From contig NC_086107.1 in assembly GCF_963921235.1 (NCBI RefSeq), positions 115,818,001 through 115,882,000 of the forward strand: a stretch of 64,000 nt of DNA, written 5' to 3'. Below, in pieces: positions 38,610 to 58,649 of this stretch; the first letter of the stretch is position 1; every line of letters begins with the position of its first letter. The translations under genes were made by a program, and so were the position numbers. Under the pieces are notes generated by a model that had not been told where the DNA came from, did not search any database, and saw nothing but the letters and a program-made list of their open reading frames with translations. This DNA is from Mobula hypostoma. Its lineage: Eukaryota.

Positions 38610-40110
38610 CTCCTCCCCACACCGAATCCCCTCCCACAGCCATGAACACACCCCCCATCACCATCTCTCCCTCCACACACCGAATCCCCTCCCACAGCCC
38701 ACAAACACACTCCCCCATCACCAACTCTCCCTCCACACACCAAATCCCTTCCCACAGCCCACGAACACACTCCCCCATCACCAACTCTCCCTCCACACAC
38801 CGAATCCCCTCCCACAGCCATGAACACACTCCCCCATCACGAACTCTCCCTCCACACACCGAATCCCCTCCCACAGCCCACAAACACACTCCCCCATCAC
38901 CAACTCTCCCCTCCACACACCAAATCCCTTCCCACAGCCCACGAACACACTCCCCCATCACCATCTCTCCCTCCACACACCGAATCCCCTCCCACAGCCA
39001 TGAACACACCCCCCATCACCATCTCTCCCTCCACACACCGAATCCCCTCCCACAGCCCACAAACACACTCCCCCATCACCAACTCTCCCCTCCACACACC
39101 AAATCCCTTCCCACAGCCCACGAACACACTCCCCCATCACGAACTCTCCCTCCACACACCAAATCCCTTCCCACAGCCCACGAACACACTCCCCCATCAC
39201 CATCTCTCCCTCCACACACCGAATCCCCTCCCACAGCCTACAAACACACTCCCCCGTCACCAACTCTCCCCTCCACACACCGAATCCCCTCCCACAGCCT
39301 ACAAACACACTCCCCCGTCACCAACTCTCCCCTCCACACACCGAATCCCCTCCCACAGCCCACAAACACACTCCCCCATCACGAACTCTCCCTCCACACA
39401 CCAAATCCCTTCCCACAGCCACGAACACACTCCCCCATCACCATCTCTCCCTCCACACACCGAATCCCCTCCCACAGCCTACAAACACACTCCCCCGTCA
39501 CCAACTCTCCCCTCCACACACCGAATCCCCTCCCACAGCCCACAAACACACTCCCCCATCACGAACTCTCCCTCCACACACCAAATCCCCTCCCACAGCC
39601 CACAAACACACTCCCCCATCACCATCTCTCCCTCCACACACCGAATCCCCTCCCACAGCCACGAACACACTCCCCCATCACCATCTCTCCCTCCACACAC
39701 CAAATCCCCTTCCTCAGCCATGAACACACTCCCCCATCACGAACTCTCCCTCCACACACCAAATCCCCTTCCTCAGCCTACAAACACACCCCCCATCACC
39801 ATCTCTCCCTCCACACACCGAATCCCCTCCCACAGCCTACAAACACACTCCCCCATCACCAACTCTCCCCCTCCACCCACAAAATCCCCTCCCACAGCCC
39901 ACGAACACACTCCCCCATCACGAACTCTCCCTCCACACACCAAATCCCCTCCCACAGCCCACAAACACACTCCCCCATCACCATCTCTCCCTCCACACAC
40001 CGAATCCCCTCCCACAGCCACGAACACACTCCCCCATCACCATCTCTCCCTCCACACACCAAATCCCCTTCCTCAGCCCACAAACACACTCCCCCATCAC
40101 CATCTCTCAC
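38610..40110. repeat. ~60-bp minisatellite (cccccatcaccatctctccctccacacaccgaatcccctcccacagcccacaaacacact)n
   Basis: About 25 units filling SEZ6L2 intron 8. Confidence 0.97.
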
Positions 40111-40187
40111 CACACCCGCCTTATCTCGTTTCACAGCCCACAGGCCCCTCCCCATCAGGAACTCCCCTTCCTCCCCCCTTTCCTCAC

Positions 40188-40351
40188 CCTCATATCGCAA
40201 AGCCAGGACAAGTGGCAGTGCTGAGTTCTCGGATACCAGCTCCACGAAGATCTCCCGGGAGTCGCTGACGATCCCGCCCTCGGGAATGTCATCGATGTCC
40301 GAGTGGAAGATGGCTGGTGCTCCTGGCGCAATTCCATTCCGGATGATCAGC
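40188..40351 (-). CDS. SEZ6L2: SEZ6L2-like exon 8 (CUB2, C-half)
   Basis: LIIRNG...FHSDIDDIPEGGIVSDSREIFVELVSE...LALRYE; phase 2-1. Confidence 0.92.
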
Positions 40352-41262
40352 CTGGGAATCCCCGGGATTGGGAGAGGGAAAGAGAAGGAATCAGTGATCC
40401 GGGATCTGGTGAGGCTCTCGGGGATCCCGACTGGGCTTTTCTGGGAATTCTGGATGGTGTTCTCTGAGACTACTGGGTGGGATTGTGTCCCCTATGTTTT
40501 TCTGAACAACCTGGTGGGAAGTTTTGATGAGGGAATTGGTGCACCAGGAACTGGCAGAGGACAAATGGGGGTTGCAGGGTTTGGGATAGAAACAAGGTTG
40601 AAAACTTACAAGGATATTGCCAGTTCTGGAGGAACGGAGTTATAAGGAAAAATTGAATAGGTTAGGACTGTATTCCTTAGAACATTGAGAGGAGATTTGA
40701 TAAGAGGTAAATAAAATTATGAAGGGTATAGACAGGGATCTGCCGGAGAGTTTTGGGGATCCTTTGGGGTAGTGGGATCTGATATGTGTCAGAGATCTAC
40801 TGGGATCTTAGTGGAAATGGGATCCAGTGGGTCTTTTCTAGGGTAGAGGGGTTGTGGGATCTGCTGGGCACTTCAAAATGTGTTGGGGGTTGGTGGATTT
40901 CCAAGATCGAGTAGGAGTTTGGTGAATGTGATGGTGGTTTTGTGGATCCATTGGGATAACGGGGATATATGATCCATTAGGATTGTTGGGGTGATGCAGT
41001 GAGGGATTTGGCGGATTCACTAGGCTCCAGTGGCGTGGTGAGGCAGACTGCTGCAGGAGAGCTTGGTAAATCTGGGGGGAGCTTGGATCCCAGAATCCCA
41101 ATGGATCCACAGATTGGGGTTTGGGCGGGACACACCGCTGCTCGAGGCTCCAGGAGTTCGGTGGAGCTGCTGGCATTCTGGGATCTAGTGGGGATGTTGG
41201 GGTGATCTAGTGCAGGGAGTGTTTAGAGATTCACTGGAATGTTAGGATCTGGTAGGGGGTTA

Positions 41263-49239
<7,977 letters not shown>

Positions 49240-49439
49240 TTACTAACATGAGAGTGGGGGGGGGGAAGGATTCAAAATATCCCAATTCCAACATCAACCA
49301 ATCACAGCGCATAAACACAACACTCAATCAGATCCCAACACTCAGCAAACAACACTGTCCAATCACAACGCAGTCAATCGCCCCATCAACCCCGTGACCA
49401 CGAGAACGGACACACATGGAGCGACTCCCCAAACACGTC

Positions 49440-50375
49440 CAGTGACCCCCCCCCACAAACCATCCCTCACACCCCCAGTGACCCCCCTACAAACCATCCC
49501 CCACACTCCCTGTGACCCCCCTACAAACCATCCCTCACACCCCCAGTGACCCCCCTCCAAAGCATCCCTCACACCCCCAGTGACCCCCCTACAAACCATC
49601 CCCCACACTCCCTGTGACCCCCCCACAAACCATCCCTCACACCCCCAGTGACCCCCCTCCAAAGCATCCCTCACACCCCCAGTGACCACCCACACAAACC
49701 ATCACCCACACCCCCAGTGACCCCCCTACAAACCATCCCTCACACCCCCAGTGACCCCCCTACAAACCATCCCTCACACCCCCAGTGACCACCCTACAAA
49801 CCATCCCCCACACTCCCTGTGACCCCCCCACAAACCATCCCTCACACCCCCAGTGACCCCCCTACAAAGCATCCCTCACACCCCCAGTGACCACCCACAC
49901 AAACCATCACCCACACCCCCAGTGACCCCCCTACAAACCATCCCTCACACCCCCAGTGACCCCCCTACAAACCATCCCTCACACCCCCAGTGACCCCCCT
50001 ACAAACCATCCCCCACACTCCCTGTGACCCCCCCACACAAACCATCCCTCACACCCCCAGTGACCCCCCACACAAACCATCCCTCACACTCCCTGTGACC
50101 CCCCCACAAACCATCCCTCACACCCCCAGTGACCCCCACACACAAACCATCCCTCACACCCCCAGTGACCCCCCCACACAAACCATCACTCACACCCCCA
50201 GTGACCCCCCCCCCACACAAACCATCACTCACACCCCCAGTGACCCCCCCATAAACCATCCCTCACACTCCCAGTGACCCCCCCACACAAACCATCCCTC
50301 ACACCCCCTGTGACCCCCCCACACAAACCATCACTCACACTCCCAGTGACCCCCCCCAACAAACCATCCCCCACA
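49440..50375. repeat. ~35-37-bp minisatellite (cccagtgaccccccctacaaaccatccctcacacc)n
   Basis: About 26 units. Confidence 0.95.
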
Positions 50376-50426
50376 TCCTGCGCGACCCCGCCAGACCCCC
50401 ATTGGCAGCCCGGCCGGCCCCCTCAC

Positions 50427-50612
50427 CCATGCAGTGTGGCTCGGGGCCGCTCCACTGTGGCCTGGTGAGGTTGAGACAGCGGATGGCCGCGGCTCCCTGC
50501 ATCTGGAAGCCCGGGTCACAGCGGAACGTGGAGACGGCCCCAGGCCGGAGACCCGACACCCACAACTGCCCGTAGGCGGGCCGCACCGGAAGGGCACAGC
50601 TCAGCGGGTAGG
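50427..50612 (-). CDS. SEZ6L2: SEZ6L2-like exon 6 (sushi 1)
   Basis: AYPLSCALPVRPAYG...FRCDPGFQMQG...CLNLTRPQWSGPEPHC; 186 nt, phase 1-1. Confidence 0.93.
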
Positions 50613-50644
50613 CTAGGAGAGAGGATAAAACAGCGAGTGTCCGG

Positions 50645-51630
50645 GGGGAGGGAGAGGAACGAGAGAGAGGAACGGAGGGGATAGGGTTGAGGGAGAGGGT
50701 CGAGGGAGAGGGTCGAGGGAGAGGATTGGGGGTTGAGGGAGAGGGAGAGGAATGGGGTTGAGGGAGAGGGAGAGGAATGGGGGTTGAGGGAGAGGAATGG
50801 AGGGAGAGGGTCGAGGGAGAGGATTGGGGGTTGAGGGAGAGGGATGAGGGAGAGGGTCGAGGGAGAGGAATGGAGGGAGAGGGTCGAGGGAGAGGATTGG
50901 GGGTTGAGGGAGAGGGATGAGGGAGAGGGTTGAGGGAGAGGGATGAGGGAGAGGGTTGAGGAAGAGGAATGGGGGTTGAGGGAGAGGGTTGAGGGAGAGG
51001 AATGGGGGTTGAGGGAGAGGGTTGAGGGAGAGGAATGGGGGTTGAGGGAGAGGGTTAATGTGCAGGAGGCAACACAGCAGAACCTACCCCGTCTCCGTGA
51101 CTGTCACCCTCCCTTAACACCCCTCCCCGTTTCCATCACACACCCCCATCTCCGTCACAGTCTCCATCCCCTATACCCCTCCCCGTCTCTGTCACCCGCT
51201 TCCTCCCATATACCCCTTCCCGGTCTCCATCACCCCATCCTTCCCCTACACCCCTCCCCATCTCTGCAATGCCCTCCTTTCAAACACCACTCCTCATCTG
51301 CGTGACCCCCTCCCTCCCTCCCCTACACCCCTCCCCATCTCCATCACCCCCTCCCTCCCCTACACCCCTCCCCACATCTGTGACCCCTCCGTCCCCTGCA
51401 CCCCTCCCCATCTCTGCGATGCCCTCCTTTCAAACACCACTCCTCATCTGCGTGACCCCCTCCCTCCCTCCCTACATCCCTCCCCATCTCCATCATCCCC
51501 TCCCTCCCCTACACCCCTCCCCATCACCCCCTCCCTCCCCATCTCCATCACCCCCTCCCTCCCCTACATACCTCCCCACGTCCGTGACCCCGCCCCACGT
51601 CCGTGACCCCTCCCCACTTCCGTGACCCCC
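50645..51630. repeat. G/A-rich repeat (50645-51055) followed by C-rich repeat (51100-51630) in SEZ6L2 intron 5
   Basis: Imperfect tandem units; composition switch mid-intron. Confidence 0.85.
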
Positions 51631-51673
51631 CCATGACTCCAGTGGCATTGACCGGGGAGGGGGTGATCCGTAC

Positions 51674-51866
51674 CCCGGCAGCGGAAGCGGAAGGCCCCGG
51701 GGTAGGCGGAGTGGGGGCTCTGGAAGTGGACGAGGACCTGGCGGCTCTGGGTACGGATGCTCTGCCCCTCCGACATCAGTGCCTCGTTTGCCAGGAGGAG
51801 CGGCCCATCATCCTGCAGCCCCTCCACCGTCAGTAGCTCCCCCGCCAGCAGGTTCAGCACCTCCAC
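51674..51866 (-). CDS. SEZ6L2: SEZ6L2-like exon 5 (CUB1, C-half)
   Basis: VEVLNLLAGELLTVEG...LLANEALMSEGQSIR...VHFQSP; phase 0-1. Confidence 0.92.
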
Positions 51867-52261
51867 CTGGGGGGGGGAGACAGGTGAGACCAGCAAGGAG
51901 GGGAGAGGAGGGGCTAGAGTGTGGGGGAGGGAGAGGAGGTGGTAGGGAGAGGGAGAGGAGGGAGCAAATGTGAGGTGGGAGGCATAAGGTGAACGATGGA
52001 GGGGGGGAGTGGTGAAAAGGGGGTGAGGAGTTGAGGGAGGGAGTGGGGGTTGGGTTGGGAGGGAGGATGGAGTGGGGACAGAGAGGGGGGTGTTATGGAG
52101 AGGAGGGAGAGGGAGTAAGAAGTGATGGGGACAGAGAGTGGGGGTGGGAGTGGGGGTCAGCGGGGGATGATGGTGGGAGGAGAATTGCAAGATGGGTGGG
52201 GGAAGGTCAGTGAGATTGGGGGGTTGTTATGTGGGGGTGGGGTCATTGTTGACCAATTCAA

Positions 52262-52625
52262 TGTGGAGGTGGTGAGATGAGGGTGGGAGTGGTGGGGTGG
52301 GGATGGTGAGGTGGTGAGATGGGGGTGAGGTGGGGGTGCTGAGATGGGGGGTGAGGTGAGGTGGTGAGATGGGGGGTGAGGTGGTGAGATGGGGGGTGAG
52401 GTGGGGGTGCTGAGATGGGGGGTGAGGTGGGGGTGGTGAGATGGGGATGAGGTGGGAGTGGTGAGATGGGGGGGTGAGGTGGGGATGGTGAGATGGGTGA
52501 GGTGGGGGTGGTGAGATGGGGGGGTGAGGTGGGGGTGGTGAGATGGGGGGGTGAGGTGGGGATGGTGAGATGGGGGTGAGGTGGGGGTGGTGAGATGGGG
52601 TGAAGTGATGAGGTGGGGGTGGGGG
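52262..52625. repeat. ~27-bp G-rich minisatellite (gtgaggtgggggtggtgagatggggg)
   Basis: Tandem units abutting the exon 4 donor. Confidence 0.9.
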
Positions 52626-52635
52626 TGTTTCTGAC

Positions 52636-52769
52636 CTCCAGCTCGACCCCGTAGCCGGTGTAGACAGAGATGACGTAGGAACAGTCGAGGCCACTGTACA
52701 ACGGGGAGCCCGAGTACTCGAGGGACTCAATCATCCCCTCAGCCTCCATCACGTTCATGTTACACAACA
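52636..52769 (-). CDS. SEZ6L2: SEZ6L2-like exon 4 (CUB1, N-half)
   Basis: VLCNMNVMEAEGMIES...LDCSYVISVYTGYGVELE; canonical splice sites, phase 1-0. Confidence 0.92.
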
Positions 52770-53374
52770 CTACGGGGGGTCGGGGGAGAGGGACGGGGAG
52801 GGAGCAGGAGATGAGGAGGATGGAGAGAGGGGGAGAGTGACGGTGTGGGGAGAGATGGAGGAGAGGGATGAGGAGGGTGGGGAGAGAGAGTAGGGGTGAG
52901 GAGGGTGGGGAGAGGGGGAGAGGGACGAGGAGGGTGGGGGGAGGGGGATGGGGGGCAGTGGGAAAAGGGGGAAAAGGTTAACAAAGAAACCAAAAAACTC
53001 CCAAACTGCCTCTCAGTCAGAACTTTCCACCCCCCAACACCCACCCACACCCCCACACCCCCACCATATCTACCTCCTTATCTTGGTCCTTATCCTGGTC
53101 CTTATCCTGCTCAATCCCCGTCCCTCCTCTCCTATCCTTCACTCCTCCCCTCCCTCCCTCTTCTCCCCCAACATGTTCCTCATCCCTCCCACCTCAGCCT
53201 CTCCCCTCTCCTTACATTCCCCATTCCTCCCTCCTCAATTTTCTCCTCCCACTCACTCTGCTGCCTCCTCCTCCTGGTCCCTCATCTTCTCCTCAGTACT
53301 CTTCCTCTGTCTCATTCCTCCTCTGTTCCCCTCCATCACCATTACACCCTCATCCTCTCTCCTCCCCCGATTAC

Positions 53375-53605
53375 CTGGAGTCTGCACCGTGGTAACAGTC
53401 GTGGTGGTGATGAGGGTGGTGGTCGTCTCCTCCTCCCCTCCTGTGGGGGGCGCTGACGGCCCCTGGCCCCAGGCTGGGGGGGTGAAGCTGAGCGGGGTCA
53501 GCGGGTTGGTGGGGGTTGCACTGCCTGGCTGCCTCGGGGTCTCTCCGGTTCCTGCAAGAGGCACAGGGTCAGCGCTGGCCTGTGCCCTGGGGGCAAAAGA
53601 AGATC
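53375..53605 (-). CDS. SEZ6L2: SEZ6L2-like exon 3 (Pro/Thr-rich region)
   Basis: GGEEETTTTLITTTTVTTVQTP is the SEZ6-family Thr-rich signature; 231 nt, phase 1-1. Confidence 0.9.
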
Positions 53606-54102
53606 CTGCACAGTGGTACTGAGGACAACAGGACACCAACAAGACGATGGTTGCGGGGGAGAGGGAGAATGGACAAGCAGGGAAGAGGAGGAGGGAGGGG
53701 AAAGGAGATTTCAGGGGCTGAGGAGGGGAGAAAATGGGAGAGGTGGGCAGATTAGAAAAGTGAGGGGCCATTGAAAGTGCAGCGAGGATTGAGGTAGATG
53801 TGAGGAGTGAAGAAAGAGGGGAGGGGAATGGGGAAGAGGGAGATGCAAGGGGAGAGGAGGAGGAGAATGATGATGATCCAAAGAAGGGCAAGGGGTTTGC
53901 ACTGAAGGCGGAGGTGGGTGAGGTTTCAGAAGTTCCAGGCTCCAACCAGCTCCATCCCCCCTCCACCTCTTCCCTTAATCCCTCCCACTTCCCTTTCCTG
54001 ACCCCTCCTCTCTCACCTCCCTCCCTCCCAATTTCGTCCCCCCTCCACCTCCTCTCCCTTGTGTCCCCACACCGAACCAGTCCCCCAACATCCTAGAAAC
54101 AC

Positions 54103-54285
54103 CTGTCAACAGCTTCTGGTCATCCTCAAAATGCTTCGTGAGCAGAGAATTGTGGATGAGCTGCCCCAGGGACTCCGAAACTTCCTCAGTCCTCGCTGTC
54201 ACCTCGTCCACTAAGGGCAGGTCCACATAGGTGACGTTCCAGGTCCCCAGAGATCTCGGGAGGAAGAGAGAGTTTGCCAAAAGCC
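54103..54285 (-). CDS. SEZ6L2: SEZ6L2-like exon 2
   Basis: ag/gt bounded, 183 nt, phase 1-1; VSESLGQLIHNSLL resembles mammalian SEZ6L2 ASEALAELLHGALL. Confidence 0.8.
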
Positions 54286-54309
54286 CTGAGAATAGAGAGA
54301 GAGAGAGAG

Positions 54310-55642
54310 AGAGAGAGGGATTGAGAGACACCGGTCAGTGTACAGATCTCCCCCTGAGAGAGAGGGACTGAGAGACACCGGTCAGTGTACAGATCTCCCC
54401 CTGAGAGAGATGGACTGAGAGACACTGGTCAGTGTACATATCTCCCCCTGAGAGAGAGGGACTGAGAGACACCGGTCAGTGTACAGATCTCCCCCTGAGA
54501 AAGTGGGACTATGAGACACTGGTCAGTACAGATCTCCCCCTGACAGATGGGACTGAGACACACTGGTCAGTGTACAGATCTCCCCCCGAGAGGGACTGAG
54601 AGACACCGGTCAGTGTACAGATCTCCCCCTGAGAAAGTGGGACTATGAGACACTGGTCAGTACAGATCTCCCCCTGACAGATGGGACTGAGACACACTGG
54701 TCAGTGTACAGATCTCCCCCCGAGAGGGACTGAGAGACACCGGTCAGTGTACAGATCTCCCCCTGAGAGAGAGGGACTGAGAGACACCGGTCAGTGTACA
54801 GATCTCCCCCTGAGAGAGAGGGACTGAGAGACACCGGTCAGTGTACAGATCTCCCCCTGAGAGAGAGGGACTGAGAGACACCGGTCAGTGTACAGATCTC
54901 CCCCTGAGAGAGAGGGACTGAGAGACACCGGTCAGTGTACAGATCTCCCCCTGAGAGAGAGGGACTGAGAGACACCGGTCAGTGTACAGATCTCCCCTGA
55001 GAGAGAGGGACTGAGAGACACCAGTCAGTGTACAGATCTTCCCCTGAGAGAGAGGGACTGAGAGACACCGGTCAGTGTACAGATCTCCCCCTGAGAGAGA
55101 GGGACTGAGAGACACCGGTCAGTGTACAGATCTCCCCCTGAGAGCGAGGGACTGAGAGACACTGGTCAGTGTACAGATCTCCCCCTGAGAGAGAGGGACT
55201 GAGAGACACCGGTCAGTGTACAGAACTCCCCCCAAGAGAGAGGGACTGAGAGACACTGGTCAGTGTACAGATCTCCCCCTGAGAGAGAGGGACTGAGAGA
55301 CACCGGTCAGTGTACAGAACTCCCCCCAAGAGAGAGGGATTGAGAGACACCGGTCAGTGTACAGATCTCCCCCTGAGAGAGAGGGACTGAGAGACACCGG
55401 TCAGTGTACAGATCTCCCCCTGAGAGAGAGGGACTGAGAGACACCGGTCAGTGTACAGATCTGTCCATGTGAGAGAGAGACTGAGAGACACCGGTCAGTG
55501 TACAGATCTGTCCCTGAGAGAGAGGGACTGAGAGACACCGGTCAGTGTACAGATCTCCCCTGAGAGAGAGGGACTGAGAGACACAGGTCAGTGTATAAAT
55601 CTGCCCCGAGAGAGACTGAGAGACACCGGTCAGTGTACAGAT
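54310..55642. repeat. 46-47-bp satellite array
   Basis: About 28 units, same family as 1026-1460. Confidence 0.98.
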
Positions 55643-55699
55643 AGTAAATACAGGAATAGTGAGTTATAAAGACTGGACTAGTGTCACAGGCACAAGAAT

Positions 55700-56080
55700 A
55701 GTGAGTCATTGATAATGGAGATCCTGGGGATGTTGATGGATAGGTAAGGACAAGAGAATGGGGTTAAGACGTAATCCAGAATGGGGAATGGAAAAGAGAG
55801 AACAGGAGGGAAGAAATTACTGGGTTGAAGAAACGTACGTCAGATTGGTGGCTACTCAGACGGAATATGAGGTGTTGCTCCTCTAGCCTGATTGTGGCAG
55901 TAGAGGAGACTGTGAACAACATGTCGGAATGGGAAGTAGAGTTAAAATGGGTGACCACTGGTCAGTGTAAAGGCCGGATCAGTGTAAGGGCTGGGTCAGT
56001 GTAAGGAGCTGGCCAATGGGTGACCACTGGAAAAACCTGTCTTTTGTAGCAGACTGAACCAAGGTGATCAACAAAGCACC
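55700..56080 (-). mobile_element. Penelope-like element ORF C-terminal remnant
   Basis: VTHFNSTSHSDM...RLEEQHLIFRLSSHQ resembles the C-terminal GIY-YIG region of vertebrate Penelope ORFs. Confidence 0.75.
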
Positions 56081-56446
56081 TTTACTAGGAAGAACAGTGA
56101 GGTAGTGTTAATGAGTCCATGGACCCTCCAGAAATCTGTTGGTGGAGGGAAAGAAGCTCTTCCTGAATCATTGAGTGTGTGTCTTCAGGCCCCTGTACCT
56201 CTGCCCTAATGGTAACAATTAGACGAGGGCACGTCTCAGATGGTAAGGGCATTGGAGCCTCTGTACCAGGCAGTGGTACAACTTGTCAGAATGCTCTCCA
56301 CCGTACAAATGTACAGGTTTGCTAGTCTTTGCTGAGAACTCTGAGCAGGGGCAGGTCACAGGAAAAGGCAGTAGCCAGTGAGAATCTTTGGTAATCAGGA
56401 TGACCAGGGGCACAGTAAAGGCAGGGGAAGGAAATTCCAATTAAAC

Positions 56447-56715
56447 TACCGACATTTCAGGCCGAGGCGTTTCAGCAGGACTGGAAAGAAAGGTGGGGTG
56501 AGGGAGAGGGAAGTACAGGCTGGCAGGTGTTAGGTGAGAGGGGAAGGCAGGCAAGTCTCACCTATCACTCCCCCCCTCACTCAGTCTCACCTGTCACCTG
56601 CCAGCTCGAAACATTGACTGTTTAATCCCCTCCATAGATGCTGCTTGGCCTGGTGAGTTCGTCCGGGGGATGCGGGTGTGTCACTCAAGATTTCCAGCAT
56701 CTGCAGAATCTCTTG
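56447..56715. mobile_element. Degraded Penelope-derived palindromic element with hammerhead remnants
   Basis: Minus-strand CAGUC CUGCUGA...GAAAUGUC; plus-strand cgaaacattgactg; arm gatgctgc..tggcctggtgagttc; tail gatttccagcatctgcagaatc. Confidence 0.65.
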
Positions 56716-56809
56716 CATTAACTTCACTGATCAGGTACAACAAATTGAGCAGATGAACTCAGAGTTTGGATTAGTCCTGAGGACTGGGATGTTATTGCCA
56801 GAATAGAAA

Positions 56810-57020
56810 CACGGCAATCTATTGGCTAGCATAACATGATTATAGCGCCGACGACAGTATGCAATTCCACCAAGGAATTTGTGTTTTCTGCTTGTGTGGG
56901 TTTCCTCCCACGTCCCAAAGACGTACGGGTTAGTATGTTAATTGGTCCCATGGGTGTAATTAGGCGGGGTGGGCTTGTTGGGTCGAAGGTCCTGTTACTG
57001 TGCTATGTCACAAAATAAAA
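56810..57020 (+). mobile_element. V-SINE-like fragment
   Basis: ggtttcctcccacgtcccaaagacgtacgggttag core resembles the V-SINE domain. Confidence 0.55.
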
Positions 57021-57139
57021 TGGAAGGCAAGAACTGGTGGTTCAATATTCCAGGGTACGGATGCTCCAGGTGAATGAGAAGGGGGTGTTGCCTTTTTGAC
57101 AAAGGAGCATGTAATGGCAGGACATAGTGATGGCATTCT

Positions 57140-58130
57140 TGGGGGATTTGAGAGAGAGAAAGAGTTGTGGACATGGCTCAGCACGTCAAGGAAACCAGCC
57201 TCAGCCCCTCCATAGACTGTCTACACCTCCCACTGCAAATAACATAATCAAGGACCCTACCCACCCCCAACACTCTGTCCTCTCCTCCCTCCCGTCGGAC
57301 AGAAGATGCAAAGTAACACACACAAAATGCCGGAGGAACTCAGCAGGCCAGCAAGCATGGGTCTCGGCCCAAAGCATTGACTGTGTACTCTTTTCGATAG
57401 ATGCTGCCTGGCCTGCTGGGTTCCTCCAGCGTTTTGTGTGAGTTACTTTGATTTCCAGCATCAGCAGATTTTCTCTCGTTTATTAGAAGATACAAAAGCA
57501 TGAAAGCACGTACCACCAGGGTCAAGAACAGTTTCTGTCCCATTGTTATCAGACTCTTACATTGATCTCTTGTCTGATGAATGAACTCCGGACCCTCATC
57601 ATCTACCTTGCTCCGACTTTGCACTGTTTCCTTTCCCTGCGCTACACTCTATTCTGTTTTCTGTTGTTGTTTTCGCTTGTTCTGCTTCAATGCAATGCAC
57701 AGTGTGTGAGACAAGTTTTTCGCTGTACCTCCGTACATGTGACAGTAACAGACCAACTCCAATAGTCAGCGGGAACTTGTGCTCTCTTCCTGCCACTGCC
57801 ATACAGGAGCCTCAGGACTCACACCACCAGGTTCAAGAACCGTTACTAGCCCTCAACGTCAGGCTCCTGAACAAAGGAGGATAAATATACTCAACTTCTC
57901 TTGCCCTATCCATTGAGATATTCCCACAACCAATGATCTCTTACCTTGTTATTTCATGTTCTCCCTATTTATTGCCATTTGCATTTGCACAGTTTGTTGT
58001 CTTCTGCACTCTGGTTGATCTTTCACTGATCCTGTTGTAGTTAATATGCTATAGATTTGCTGTGAATGCCCGCAGGAAAATGAATATCAAGGTTGTATAT
58101 GGCAACATATATGTACTTTGATAATAAATT
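57140..58130 (+). mobile_element. Rex1-like 3' fragments with a nested Penelope-derived hairpin (57310-57480)
   Basis: NNIIKDPTHPQHSVLSSLPSDRR; inverted arms flanked by agaagat(g/a)caaa. Confidence 0.75.
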
Positions 58131-58649
58131 TAAAGAAGTCACTGATAGTTGTAATCCCCTTATGAGGGAGAGGGAGTGGTATATCAAACAATTGGGTGAA
58201 TAGTTAGTTGTTGTTGTGCTGCAGATCGTGGTCTTTCCTGCGGGGGGGCCTCTGCTACTCCTTGCTTGGTTGGTGAAGGGCGCTGATGCTTTTTGCTGTA
58301 GTAAGTGGGGGAGAGGGAGAGCTTTGCTGCTGCTCATGTGTGGGAGCTTGGGGGGGGCTTTGGGGTTCTAACATTTTTACTGTCACTCATTCTTCTGTTT
58401 CCCTGTTTGTCTGTGAGGAAGAAGAATGTCGGGTTGTATATCGTACACATTCTCTGATATGAAGTGGAACTACTGAGCTGTTGAATAATAGGACTGAATT
58501 AGTGGAAGATTTACATTCCCTGGTATTGTCTGGGCCACACAGAGTGTTAAACGCCTGAACAGAGTGGAATCTGTGGAATGTCCTGGAAAGTTCCCTAGGT
58601 CCATATATAAAGGGGCCCTACAGGGGAGGGTGCAATACCGAATGAACCA

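Noticed and set aside
38390..40645. 751-aa His/Pro/Thr-rich plus-strand ORF
   Set aside because: 60-bp minisatellite antisense to SEZ6L2 exons 8-9.
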